Source of the DNA: Podarcis erhardii
Taxonomy: Eukaryota
Strand: one strand, 5' to 3'
Assembly: GCA_964252035.1 (NCBI GenBank)
Contig: OZ176202.1
DNA length: 64,000 nt
Part shown: piece by piece, positions 34,211 to 46,905 of the stretch
Numbering within the stretch: the first letter of the stretch is position 1
Layout of the letters: the number at the start of each line of letters is the position of its first letter
Program-made: the position numbers and the translations under genes
Notes under the pieces: generated by a model
What the model saw: the letters and a program-made list of their open reading frames with translations, nothing else
Database searches by the model: none
What the model was told of the DNA's origin: nothing

Positions 34211-36982
34211 TTTTTGTTGGAAAGTTGGAGGCTCCTTTTTTCTAGATACTGTTTCCCATGAAAACACATCAGCTTCTAGCACAAGCTGAGTTCCATCCCA
34301 ACACTTCCCACAAAGAATTTGCATTATCTATAAATTACAAACAAATGTTGCCTTTGAATTGTGGGTTTGTTTTTATTCATCTACCAAATGGGAAGCAGAG
34401 TGTGTTTTTGGATAGCTTTTTTATTGCTCATCTGAAACGGCCCCAGAAAAAAAAATTCTTTTGGTGGTGATAAAATATTTATGATGGGATGAAAAAAAAA
34501 TGTGTCCATATGAATAGTACAGGAAATGAGTGAACATGCCTTCAAGATGCTTCACATTTTCTTTACTCAGGAAAGAGTAGGATGGGGAATTGTAGATAAC
34601 TTGTTTATTGGCAATGATGCTCCTTCAGTATCTAGTTTTGCCCTGTATTAAAAATTCCATATCTTGAAGCCAAAAAAAAAAAATGCTAGGAAGGGAATTA
34701 AAAGAGGAGAATGCACTTGAACTAACGGCAGGGAGATTTAAAGAGCACACATCAGCAGAAAAGCATGGAGAAACCTACAGTACACTGACTTCATTGATAC
34801 CCCATTTATCAGCAATTACTGACTCCATTAAATAATGCAGAGTTTACAGCAGACGGAGAAGCAGAGCCTAAAATATGTCCCAACAGATGGACGGAGAGTG
34901 TCAGTGATGCTGTATTTCAAAGGCATCTGCGACTTTGTTATCGTTGTACGCGGAGTCAGGAAGACAGCAGAGGGAAGGAATGGACTAAGGGCCAGCAAAT
35001 GATTTACTTGACCTGCATGGGCAGAACTGAGAGGGAAAACCTCATTAATTCCCTGGGTCATTCTGGAAGACATTAATTTGGTTTAGACTCAGGACGTCGG
35101 GAGATTTTCCAGACGTGCACTAGGAATTATGAAATCTCTATAGCCGGAGGAAAGTATGTCCAAATCACTTTCAGCATAAATCACACTGACTTTGTGAAGC
35201 TGGGTAATATGCTTAATCAGGGGAGTTATGGAACTTCTTGTACTTATTAGACAGAAAATACGACAATATTTTATGTAATTATCAGTCTGGGAAGGATTGC
35301 TCCTCGCTCCTCCCTTTGAGTGCTATCCTCCTTGCCAGAGGTGATCTGGAAGAAGATGTGAAGAACTCCCAAACTTCATATTTTCAACGTAATGATGTAC
35401 TGCGTGCTTTTATGTACACAGATGTGAGCGCACACATCACACATTTAAAACACTATGATACTACTTTAAACTATCGTGGCTCCCCCCCCCCAAGAATTCT
35501 GGGAACTGTAGTTTTTTGAGGTTGATGAGAGTTGTTAGGAGACTCCTATTCCCTCACAGGGCTACAGAGTTCCCTGTTAAAAGAGAGTGGTTGTTAAAAC
35601 GCTCTGGGGAACTATAGTTCTGTGGCAGCCGGCCCCAAATCTCCCAGTGAGATTTCAGGATAAGTGGGGTCTCCTTGATATAAATATTCCAGCATCTTTA
35701 TCTCCTACTTCACCCTCGATCCTCAGCTAAGAAACAATATTCGCCTCACACAAGCTAAAGTAGCTTGGGACATTGAAGAGTAGGGTGTAATGCCACTTAA
35801 TTGTGTATCAATACGTTACCAGTATTCTTAATTATATGTAAAGGATAAATCAGGACTTACTGGTAGATGATTGGATGATTTGTACTAGATCGGCAAGAGC
35901 TTCTGACTCCTAATTGTTTAACAAGAGGCTCTTCTTTTCTGCTTTCAAATTAAGCTGTTTGACTCTCTGGCGATCTGTAGAAACTGGGTTGTAGATTTGT
36001 ACTTGTCATCCCCATACATGGTTCATGGGGCACAGTGGGTAATTATCTCTGCCCCTGGGACCACCATTTTGGATCTAACCCCACCCCTCTCCCACCATTA
36101 TTTTGTACCTGGCTGTGGTTGAGGGTTGTACTAAAAGATCCCAAAGTAGATTACACAAGGTCCACCCATACCTGGTCTATAACAATTCCTAGTTGACCAT
36201 TGCCTTTATATCTTGAGGGGGAGGCGGAAAAAGCAGCTAACAAATATGTCTGGAAAGAGTAATCTGTACATACCTTCAAAACCACATATACAGCAGAGAA
36301 TGTCATGCTTTGTGAAAATTGCAACCCATCATGTTTACAGAAGGGTTATCTCTTCTCCCCAAAGAACATGCATTAGAACTTTTTACTCATTCAGCACTGG
36401 ATACTCCCTATCAACAACAGCCTTCCTAGATGGGAGAAAGAGGCAAATTAATCTTAAAAAGAGACAATTTAAGGGAGTTGGACTATAAGTTGGAGTTCAT
36501 TAGAAGGCCATAAAGCATTGCTGTCTAACAAGCTATGTTCTCCAGACAGCACTCCAGTAAGCAATATTGTCTGCTTAAATGGGTCCTCGCCTATAACAAG
36601 AAAGCAACCGTTTCTTAGCAGAGTTATTTTATACCATGAATATTCTGGAAATAAACTTCAGGTTGCCAGATCTCCTGATTTCAAGAATACATAGACAAGG
36701 ACTGATCTGTTTCACACCAATGAATGTCTTGAGTTTGTAGATTTGCTTAGAAAAGGAAGTGAACAGCAATTTAAATCTTAAATACACATCAAAGTATTAT
36801 ACTTCCAGCTTACCCTCTAACCATACACACTAGCCACATTTAAGCACTTTAAGACTGCAATCCTGCACACACAGAAACATTTGCTTCTGTGTAAACACAC
36901 TTGTGCTGTATAATTCATTGCCTTGAATGGGAAAGGTAACAGAATGAAAGAAAAGACACACCTCGGTCACCTCAAAAGCAAG

Positions 36983-37290
36983 GTAGAATCGTAGGATTTT
37001 AGAGTTGGAAGGTGTCCCACAGGTCTTTTGGTCCAACCTCCTGCAATGTAGGAATCATGGCCTGAAAATGGCCATCCAACTTCTGTTTAAAAACCTCCAA
37101 TGAAAGAGAGTCCACTACCTTCCAAGGGAGTCCATTCCACTGTCAAACAGCTCTAACGATCAGAAAATTATTCCTAATATTTAGTTGGAATCTCCCTGAA
37201 TCCATTGGTTCAGGTCCTACCCTCTGAAGTAGCCAAAAACAGACTTACTCAGTCTTCCATGTGTCAGCCCTTCAGATGGACAAGTGCAAC
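36983..37290 (-). mobile_element. CR1 3' fragment
   Basis: GTAGAATCGTAGGATTTTAGAGTTGGAAGG tail and UTR similar to 33437-33740. Confidence 0.75.
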
Positions 37291-39712
37291 AGAAGCCCTG
37301 GACTTCTAAGAATGTCACTGGCATCTATTTGGTTATTTTTGATAGTGATTTATTTTCACATTAATTGATGGGGAATGTTTGAGAAAATCACAGGATGAAT
37401 TTCTGACACAGCAGAGAGGCCATATCCAATGTCCCCAACCTGCCTGAGTAAGAGCCCTTGAGATGGTGGATGGCAGAGGTTGCACCATTAAGAAATCCAA
37501 CACAACAGTACTCTAGTGGAACGTTGGGCAATGGCTGGTTCCTGTTGTGCAATCTATTGCAGTCATGGATGAAAGCAGCAGCAAGACCACAGAATGTGAT
37601 GACTGGGTTCACCTTTTTCCTCCATGCTTCAGTTTCATCAATAATCATTTTCCCACCTTTTCCTAAAGGTGCTATATGCCCTGGAGGGAGACCTCCATTG
37701 GTTTTATGTGATCTTTGCAGGCTTGTCCAACAATCCCCACAATGCATTAGAGAGGCAGAGGGAGCCATTTTCAAAATTCAGGAATGGATATATCTTGGAG
37801 CTTTTCTCTTCTTTTCTCTTCTTTTTTCTAGGAAGCCAGTGGACATGTCTTGACTGTCAAATAGACTGCAGTTACCTTGCAGGTATAGATTTGAAGTTTT
37901 ATGCTTTACTTCTAACTTCCATTCTGTGGAATGCAGATCCAGATACCTTTAAAAGGAAGGTGAAGTTCAGCGAGCCATTTAATGAAAACCAATTATATTG
38001 TAGAAATATAGCTCCTGCAGCAGGGGTAAGCAACATGGTGCCCTGAAGATATTGTTGAACTCCAGCACCTATCAACCTCTGCCAGCATAGACAATGGTCA
38101 GGCATTATGGTTGCTGGACTCCAACAACATACCACTGTCCTACAAGAGTATATCTTAGTTGGAAGGAAGTAACTGTATATGTGTGGTCGTTACTTGAAGT
38201 AGATGTTAGGGAATAGGATGGGGAGTGACATTCATATTAGAAGGTGGAATTGATGACTGTGAAATCACTTGTGGTTCAAAGATCCCATTCAGTGATGTAG
38301 CTAAGACCCTTATCTGTTCAGCTGCTGAGCTGTGCTTTGATATAGACTTTACCCCAAAGAAGGCTATCCATGTCTAAGCAGGAAGGGGACCCCTAAATAT
38401 TTCTTCTCCGCGCCATTCTGAATATGTAATAGTTTATGATGAACAATTGTTAACTGGTTCCCTGGAAGGTATCCAGGTGAATAAAAGTCTCCTTGTGGAA
38501 CACATCTGGATGAAGCAAAGAGCATGTGATTATCTAATAAAGGAAAGGTTAAGGAATGTAAATGCATCAAACCGCCTTAAAATAGGCTAAATATGCAGTC
38601 ACAAAATCTGGGGGATATTGGACACAAAAAGTTTTCCAGACTATGACAACTTCAGTCACGTTAAATGCTTCTGCTCTATGTACAAATTCTCTTTCGCATG
38701 GTGAAACATTAGTCCATAAGAGGATGTGAATTATGGTACACCAACTCTGACACAGAAAAACAGAACTAGACCATAAAAAGAGGGGAGGATATTTGGACAG
38801 AGACAGCCCTTGAGCACAAACTGTGCAAGTTATCTGGCTGCTGCTTTGACTCCTCAACCATCAATCTTTATTTTGCCCAGTAAGCCAATTGCTTCTAGGG
38901 CAAAATTCCTTTCTCAACCATACCAGCAAAAATAAACAGCACCCGGAGATTATCCTGAGTGGAAGGAACTGGTCTTTGTTGGTTCGCAATAAGCCTATTA
39001 CATTGCGAAACATCCTTATTATTCATTGTGATTTTAATTTATTTATTAAATTTATAACCCACCCTTCCCCCCAAAAGAGCCCAGTTTAATGTCTATGGTG
39101 TGTCACCCTGGGATCCTTGGATGAAGAGCAGACCAGAAATGCCCTTTCCTCTCTGTTTGACATTTTCCGGTGATGGACAACTTGGGAGAGGTTTCAAAAT
39201 ATATCAAGCTGGCCATTTAAAAAAAAAAGTCTTCTGAGGTTCTGCACTGGTTCTGAAGCTTCAGGGCTTTGTTTCAGCCCAGGATAAATTTTAAGTGCTC
39301 CAAATATCTCTGAAGCAGAAAGCTTCAGCTCAGATTAATACTTCGTGCACATTCCTCATACATACCATGCACAGTAGTGAAAACCTGCAGTGTGGAGTAT
39401 CTCTCCAGCATCCTGTATCCCAGCCATTACTTGGGACCAATGTTGAATATCTACCAGAATCTGCTCAGATATAGTTCTTTATTATTTTACCTTCAGAGCT
39501 ATTACACTCAAGGCCAATTCCCAAGTAATGTGAAATTGTGAAGGGGAAACATGAACACAACAGAATGTGCATCCATGTCTGTTTTGACCCACTTACTTGT
39601 GGCCAGAATTACATTTCCACATAGTGAAGGGGAAGATAATAGATAAGAAAATAAGGCGATTCTGCTGGGTCAGGCCAGCTGCCCATCTAGTCCAGCATCC
39701 TGTTCTCACAGT

Positions 39713-40253
39713 CTTCTTCTTCTTTAGCGATCACATGGTCTTAACAGTGAATCCATAATAAATAATAATACTAATAAATTTTTATTTATACCCTCCCCTC
39801 CCCAGCCAAGACCAGGCTCAGGGCAACTGCAAGTGGACTGTGACTGTGGAGGCCATTTCTGGGTCCACACGTCCTTCCACAGTGGGGACACAGGTTTCCA
39901 GGTGGGAGTTGTTGATGATGAGGGTTTGCCAAACATGCCTTCCTCTTAGCATTTCTCCCTTTCATCCTGAGTTCAAGCATCTTCAAAGTCCATGACACCT
40001 TTGGTAAAGGCTGTTCTCCGATTGGAGCACTTGCAGGCCAGTGTTTCCCAGTTGTTGGTGTTTATACTACATTTTTAAAATTTGCCTTGAGAGAGTCTTT
40101 AAACCTAATTTGTTGACCACCAGAATTACACTTTCCATTTTTAAGTTCGGAATAGAGTAGTTGAGTTGGCAGACAATAATCAGGCATCCAAACAACATGA
40201 CCAGTCCAACGAAGTTGATGTTGAAGAATCATTGCTTCGACACTGGTGATCTT
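39713..40253 (-). mobile_element. RTE-clade LINE 3' fragment interrupted by an L2 stub
   Basis: Peptides KITSVEAMILQHQLRWTGHV..MPD..LP.QLLYSEL..G....GGQQ.RFKDSLK and the terminal zinc-finger-like CPHCGRTC...GLHSH; (GAA)-type tail near 39715. Confidence 0.88.
39759..39838 (-). mobile_element. Very short L2 3' stub (young-subfamily type)
   Basis: TTTATTTATACCCTCCCCTCCCAGCC.AG.C.GGCTCAGGGC matches the 3' end of the young L2 at 45433-45485. Confidence 0.75.
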
Positions 40254-41323
40254 TGCCAGAATTTGTTCTTTATTGCAGGTATTAATATTGTACAGTTTGA
40301 AGTGACTGGATGCATAAATACTGGCTCCTTTTGTGCAATGGAGTAAAATATAGATAAATAATTGGGTCAGGTTTCCAAATACTTGACAACCATGGATTCC
40401 TACGTCATCACAAAGCCTGCCTGCCAAATAGATATGTCAGTATTGGGAGACATCCTTTTAGTTCTTCAGTTTATCGAATGGAGCAATAATTCCAGAAGCC
40501 TCAATGATGTAGAAATAATGTTAGTTTCCTCTCCCGCCACCCCAAGATGCCATTTTGGAAGGATAATAATGCTGCGATTTATGTCATCCTTTTGGTCTGA
40601 TCATATAATGATCCGATGGAGCTGAGGCATCTGTTGCTTCCTGGAAAGAAGATTTCCATAAGTCATGTCAAGTCAGTTGGCTGCATATAACATCTTTACA
40701 ACAGGCCAGTTTCCGAAAATTTTAACTTCAGCGTTGTTTTCTGCAGGCTGTGTGTCTATCGGGATGCATCTGGATTCATGGGAATGGGGCTATATATATC
40801 ATATATTGACAAGTCTTTCACAGGCACTCACAATATGATGTATGGTTTCAATTCATTTATTGCACAGGTGTCACAGAATATTCTTCTCTCATTGAGGATG
40901 TTTTGGCATCGTGCTTCATTTTTATTGCCAGACCTTGAATGAATTTTTTTTTTAAGTGATAAAGTAATGGAATTTGTCCTTTAGTAGTTTGATTTAATGT
41001 TTCTATCAGAGGAGGCAAAGTCTGGGATAATTGCCCCAAGGCAAAAATGGGATCAAGAAATCTCACCATTTTGTCTGATGAGGATCTCTTGTGCAGAGAC
41101 TGTTGAGATCTAGAAAGGTTTCCCCTTTGCTTCCCTTCATAAATATTTTTTTTGTGAAGAATAGCACTCAGAAATGAAAGGATGGGCCAAGCAGATGCGT
41201 TTCGATTGTCTCTTTTTGAGCTTATTATACATTTTTTCCCCACATCTGGCTTCATGCAAGTTGAAGGGGAAGGGGAAGGCAAAGGCAGCCTGTAGCCAGG
41301 AATGGTGCAGTTGCTCAGATCAG

Positions 41324-41577
41324 GAAGAAGAAGAGGAGGAGGAGTTTGGATTTGATATCCCGCTTTATCACTACCCTAAGGAGTCTCAAAGCGGCTAACA
41401 TTCTCCTTTCCCTTCCTCCCCCACAACAAACACTCTGTGAGGTGAGTGAGGCTGAGAGACTTCAAAGAAGTGTGACTGGCCCAAGGTCACCCAGCAGCTG
41501 CATGTGGAGGAGCAGAGACGCGAACCCGGTTCCCCAGATTACGAGTCTACCGCTCTTAACCACTACACCACACTGGC
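41324..41577 (-). mobile_element. Squam3-like SINE
   Basis: Near-identical to 8693-8975 and 55760-56019. Confidence 0.9.
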
Positions 41578-41599
41578 GTATATTCACCAAAGTTCCTTT

Positions 41600-41784
41600 G
41601 AGGAAGAGCCATAGCTCAGAGGTAATGCATGTGCTTTACATGCAGAAGGTCCCAGGTTCAATCCCCAGCAACTTCAGGTAGGCCTGGGAATGTCCCTTGG
41701 CTGAAACCCTGAAGGACTATTACTAATCAGTATGGTAGACAGACCAATGGTCTGACTCAGTATAAGGCAGCCTTCTGTGTTCTA
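41600..41784 (+). mobile_element. tRNA-derived SINE (Squam2-like)
   Basis: tRNA-like head TAGCTCAGAGG (A box) ...GGTTCAATCCC (B box) fused to a non-tRNA body ending ACCAATGGTCTGACTCAGTATAAGGCAGC; degenerate head copy at 44808-44898 (minus). Confidence 0.8.
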
Positions 41785-42174
41785 TGTATGTCCCATAATT
41801 CTCTGGTTCCGAATGCAAAAGCTGGACGTTTGAGGACAGCACCAGACAACCCTTCAAGCTCTCCTCCAGAATGGACTGCAGTCCGAACCAGAGAAAAGTT
41901 CCTCTCACCAACTAGGGGTGGGGGGAGAAATCCATTCAGTTCACTTTTGTAGAACACAATTTGCACTCTACAAATGAATGTGTGGACTGAAAAGCAGCTG
42001 TCCTTCTAAACTCACACTTCCTTCACCTTTTGTTATCCGGTTCCCCAAGCAGAAACATGTTGAAAATACACATCTCAGGAGAAAAAGCTCTCAGAACTGT
42101 GGATGTTAGTATCCAAAACTGCATCACACTAGGGAAAATTGTCTGCAAAGGAAATGCATCTGTTAGGTAAAAGT

Positions 42175-42318
42175 GCAAATATTGGAGGGGCCTGCCCCCC
42201 CCCAAGTTGATAGCCATTGCCATTCAAATGGTGTGTGTACACCACATCTTGTGATTGGTTATGCAGGGTGGGGCTTACCTGCCACCCCCCAATATTTTAT
42301 TCATGTTGGCGACCCCTG
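42175..42318. mobile_element. Short hAT MITE related to the right end of the 50005-51934 element
   Basis: End CCCCCCAATATTTTATTCATGTTGGCGACCCCTG versus CCCCCCCAATATTTTTTATAAGTCGGCGCCCCTG. Confidence 0.6.
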
Positions 42319-44411
42319 TTCAGGTGGGTGTTTTAAATGGACAGTATGTATGCAGCCTGTATCTTTCTCTCTTTTTTACCCTTTAAAAAAAAACTGGTTT
42401 TCCTTCACAAAATTATCCATTGCAATCCTCACTCCAGGTTTTTTATCTGCAGACTTCAGTGTGTTTTTCATTTACCTTGTGAGCTGATAAGCCCCCTCAC
42501 ACATATTGATAATGGGACAAAATCCGTACCCCCCCCCCCGTCCCCCAGGGCTCCAACATTATTAGGTTGCTTGGGTGTTGACAAGAGCAAGGTTCACCCT
42601 GTTAAAATGTAGGCCTGGAATGTTCACAACTTTTCCCTGTCAGAGGGGATTGTCTTCGCCTGTTCCTGTTTTCCTATCTAGGCCTCACACAGGGAGAGAG
42701 ATAGTCAGTAGTGCGCACCCTTCAATTTACAGGCTTTGTCATGAAGGCTAGTGGTAGGCCGTTGCTCTTGGTGAATAAGATAGATGATCTTGTCCAAGCT
42801 GGTAAAACCATCTGGCTTGTCTGTCATTTGCCACTTAGTTAGAACAAGCTCATGTGTGTAGGAGTCATGCCACTTAATTTGTTGGTCCAGTCAGGCTTGA
42901 AGACCACAGTGGAGCAAAGCCTCTCTTTTTTTGGTAGACATGGCATTCTTGGTGATAGCAGCAGTTCATTAACGTCATCTCCTTGTTTAGGAAGGACAGC
43001 AATGCAAAGGACTTGCTCAGTCCGAGTGTACAGGGTCACACTCTTACTCTGAATTTAAATAGCACACCCAAATACTTCCCTCCCCCACCTTCCCATGCTG
43101 TAGTAGTAGTAACAATTAATTTTTTATTGCTTTTTTTACAGCAACAGATATAGAACAATTTAAAAAAAAAAAAACAGTAAGTTCACAGCTTAGTAAGTAT
43201 ACATGAGAAAATGTCAAATGGGAGATGAAGCCTTGCAACAGGGAACAAGGAATTGCTCCAAAAGTTGATCTTGTCAGCAGATGGCTGAAGCTTTCTATCC
43301 CTTGTATTTGCATATATAATAAATTGGAAGCATGTCTGTGAGAGTTTAGTTGTGTGGATTTCTTCTCGAGCATTTCTGTCCTGTTTAGTTAATTTTTAAT
43401 CTATAGCCAGCTGCCGGACCCAGGCATGGTGGTTTCAGCTGACTTGCATCAAGGTAAAGTTGGAGGTTAGTAGGCTGGAACCTTGCATTTCCCTGTGAGG
43501 CTATGAAGGGTTGCAACTGACACAAATCTCTAGCAATGTTTACACCCAAGTAGCTCGAGCTACCAAAGGACAGAGATTGACCCAGCAAGGACCTCAACTG
43601 AGTTTGTTCAAGCCACAGGATAGTCATGCATAATATCTCTGATTTACCATAATTTCAAAGCCAGCATGTTTACAGAACTCAGTTCAGTGCTCAGTTAAGT
43701 ACTGGAATTGCCTGAAGGGAATTGCTGAACAGTACAAGAATATTATCAGCAAGAAGTTTAACATTCTGCTTCCTGCCACTTACTGGAGAAGTGGGAGGAG
43801 CTTTGGGGGGTTAGAAATAGAGGAGCCTAAGGTAGGTCCCAGCAGGATGGGGTTGAGTTGTGGGCAGGAGGTGCTTGCTAGACTAGATGATCTAAACTGC
43901 TTCCCTGTCCTGTCGTCAGAAAGACAATCTGCAAATAAATAGATTTTTGATACAAAGATCTCATAGACAAAATGCATTATTCAACCCAATAAGAAGTCTG
44001 CTAGGGAAGATTTCCCTCCTACTCACCTCCATAATTTGCTTTACAATAGTAAAATATTTTTAGTGGGCAGATAACTAAGTTATACAAATGAAGAAAGACA
44101 AGTTGTGCTGTTTCCCCGCAGCGTCCTAAACACAGCAAATTACACACCTAATAAATGTATCAGCAGCCCATGAAATTGACAGTCTGCAGTGAAATAACAC
44201 GATTGTTTTGTTTGGAGCAACTGGATTTCAAGGGACTGCTGGCAAGTGAGAAAAATAGAAACTAATATTAAGGATGCAAAATGAATATCGCTTTTAAATG
44301 AGGCAACGTAAGAAGCTTCCTCATGCTGAGTTTGACTGTTGGTCCCTCTGTCTCAGCACTGTCTATGCTGTCTGGAACGGGCTCTGTGGGATGTAAAACT
44401 GCAGTCAAGTA

Positions 44412-44580
44412 CAGTGGTACCTCGGGTTAAGTACTTAATTCGTTCCAGAGGTCCATTCTTAACCTGAAACTGTTCTTAACCTGAAGCACCACTTTAGCTA
44501 ATGGGGCCTCCTGCTGCCACCACGCTGCCGGAGCACAATTTCTGTTCTCATCCTGAAGCAAAGTTCCTAACCCGAGGTAC
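44412..44580. mobile_element. Tigger-like MITE, truncated
   Basis: TA plus CAGTGGTACCTCGGGTTAAG; reverse orientation relative to 18002 and 24952; stops at the internal CCCGAGGTAC. Confidence 0.85.
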
Positions 44581-45405
44581 ATTCTTGTGTTCATTCTTTT
44601 TAAGAGGGAAAGGCAAGGGATTTTACCAGGACGGAATCTTTAATAGTAAGACTCAGATGAGTCAGCTACAAGCTGATCACTGCGTAATCTAAAATGGGGA
44701 TGTTTGGAACTCTACTAGAATATGGAACTTGCTAGCGCAAGTTTGGAAGGATATTATTAAATAATATATACTCTCCTGCCTCCCTAATCATCCCCATGGG
44801 CTCTCCAGGCTTTCAGACAAAGGTCTCACCCAGCTATACCTGGAGGCACCAGGGATTGAACCTGTGACACATGTGCTCTACCACTGAGCTAAAGCCCCAT
44901 CACCTAATAAGTAAGTAGGGGGGAAGGATCCCTTGTCTACTCCCACAATTTTCCTCTGATGGAGAATTATCACCCAATTTCACCTAAATTAAAATCTCAG
45001 GTATGTTTGGACATTCCATACCAAGGCATTTAAAAGGAAAGCAAAATGAGCATTTGTAAGACTCACAGAATGTTGCCAGGGCCACTTGGAACCCACAGAA
45101 AACTGCAGCTTTCTAGCTGAGCTGTGCTGTATCATTTAACGAATCGTCCACACTTCTGTTTGCTCCCACTTCTTTCCCCTTGGGAAAACCCATGGTTTGG
45201 CAGTGATTCGGAACAAATGGAAATTGGGGTTTTTCACAAATTGCCGTTTGTTCCGATTTAGTGCTAAAGAGCGGGTATTCCAAGGGAAACTTCTCAGACC
45301 CATGCTTTACTGGGCATCGGACAAGCAGAAGTGTGGAGAAGCCATAACTCTGGATGTCCTGGGTGTCTGAGGTTGGCAAATAAATACTCCACTCTGAGCA
45401 AAGTC

Positions 45406-46903
45406 AATAATAATAATAATAATAATAATAAATTTTATTTATATCCCGCCCTCCCCAGCCGAAGCCGGGCTCAGGGCGGCTAACAATAATCAAATAATCA
45501 AACAATCAAATAATCACACATTCAAAATATTTCATTATAAAAAATAATTAAAATCAAATTAATGGCAACCGATTAAGCAAGATTCTGTGCAGGTTGCCAG
45601 AGGAGGGAGTCAGGCTGCGCCCTGACCAAAGGCCTGGTGGAACAACTCTGTCTTGCAGGCCCTGCGGAAAGATGTCAGGTCCCGCAGGGCCCTAGTCTCT
45701 TGTGACAGAGCGTTCCACCAGATTGGAGCCGCAGCCGAGAAGGCCCTGGCTCTAGTTGAGGCCACCCTAACCTCTCTGAGGCCTGGGACCTTGAGGATGT
45801 TATTATTTGCAGACCGTAGGTTTCTCTGTGGGGCATACCAGGAGAGGCGGTCCCGTAGGTACGAGGGTCCTAGGCCGTATAGGGCTTTAAAGGTTAAAAC
45901 CAGCACCTTAAACCTGATCCTGTACCCCACCGGGAGCCAGTGCAGCTGGTATAGTACTGGATGAATGTGATCTCGCAGCGAAGACCCCATAAGGAGTCTC
46001 GCCGTGGCATTCTGCACCCGCTGGAGTTTCTGGGTCAGTCTCAAGGGCAGCCCCACGTAGAGCGAGTTACAATAATCCAGTCTGGAGGTGACCGTCGCAT
46101 GGATCACAGTGGCTAGGTCAGGGCGAGAGAGATAAGGGGCCAACTGCTTAGCTTGGCAGAGATGAAAAAATGCCGCCTTTGTTATAGCTGTAATCTGCGC
46201 CTCCATAGAGAGGGAGGTATCGAAGATTACACCCAAACTCTTAACGGACGGTGCTGGCACTAATTGCACCCCCGCAAGAGATGGGAGTTGCCCCCTCAAT
46301 CCCATATCGTCCCGCCCCAGCCAGAGGACCTCTGTCTTCGAAGGATTTAACTTCAACCGGCTCCCACGTAACCATCCAGCCACAGCTTCCAGACATCTCG
46401 CCAGTGTGTCTGGGGCCGAGTCAGGATGGCCATCCATCAACAGATAGAGTTGGGTGTCATCAGCATACTGATGGCAGCCCAGCCCAAAACTCCGGACAAG
46501 CTGGGCGAGGGGGCGCATAAAGATGTTAAAAAGCATCGGGGAGAGAATCGCACCTTGAGGCACTCCACACACCAAGGAGTGGCGCGATGACAATTCCCCC
46601 CCAAGCGCCACCCTCTGTCCCCGACCAGAGAGAAACGAGCGCAGCCATTGAAGGACTGTGCCCTGGATCCCCACGTCGGCAAGGCGGTGGTCCAGGAGTT
46701 CGTGATCGGCCATGTCGAAGGCTGCTGACAGATCTAGAAGAATCAGCAGCCCTGACCCGCCTCGATCCAGCTGCCTGCGGATATCATCTGTTAGGGCGAC
46801 CAGAGCCGTCTCGGTCCCATGACCAGCGCGGAAGCCGGACTGGAATGGATCCAGAGCAGATGTTTCATCCAGAAACCTACTAAGCTGTTCAGCAACCGCT
46901 CTC
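45406..46903 (-). mobile_element. Young 5'-truncated L2 LINE
   Basis: Uninterrupted ORF2 fragment, about 200-nt 3' UTR, AATAAA (plus-strand 45434-45439), (TTA)n tail; CpG-rich; TCAATAA repeated at both junctions. Confidence 0.95.
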
Positions 46904-46905
46904 AA
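45610..46905 (-). CDS. L2 ORF2 reverse-transcriptase fragment (431 codons open; no endonuclease domain and no true start)
   Basis: LDPFQSGFR, LLDLSAAFD, GVPQGAILSPMLFNIFM, HQYADDTQLY, LKLNPSKTE, SRLDYCNSL and LHWLP motifs of non-LTR RT (L2 clade). Confidence 0.9.
   Translation of the reverse strand: MRAVAEQLSRFLDETSALDPFQSGFRAGHGTETALVALTDDIRRQLDRGGSGLLILLDLSAAFDMADHELLDHRLADVGIQGTVLQWLRSFLSGRGQRVALGGELSSRHSLVCGVPQGAILSPMLFNIFMRPLAQLVRSFGLGCHQYADDTQLYLLMDGHPDSAPDTLARCLEAVAGWLRGSRLKLNPSKTEVLWLGRDDMGLRGQLPSLAGVQLVPAPSVKSLGVIFDTSLSMEAQITAITKAAFFHLCQAKQLAPYLSRPDLATVIHATVTSRLDYCNSLYVGLPLRLTQKLQRVQNATARLLMGSSLRDHIHPVLYQLHWLPVGYRIRFKVLVLTFKALYGLGPSYLRDRLSWYAPQRNLRSANNNILKVPGLREVRVASTRARAFSAAAPIWWNALSQETRALRDLTSFRRACKTELFHQAFGQGAA

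Noticed and set aside
41600-41675. tRNA gene
   Set aside because: It has A and B boxes, but the stems are broken and it continues into a SINE body, so it is a SINE head. The same applies to the Squam3 heads and 44808-44898.
43500-43580. Peptide SYLGVNIARDL resembling the L1 ORF2 YLG motif
   Set aside because: The match is too short and the flanks show no further L1 similarity that I can support; it needs a profile search.
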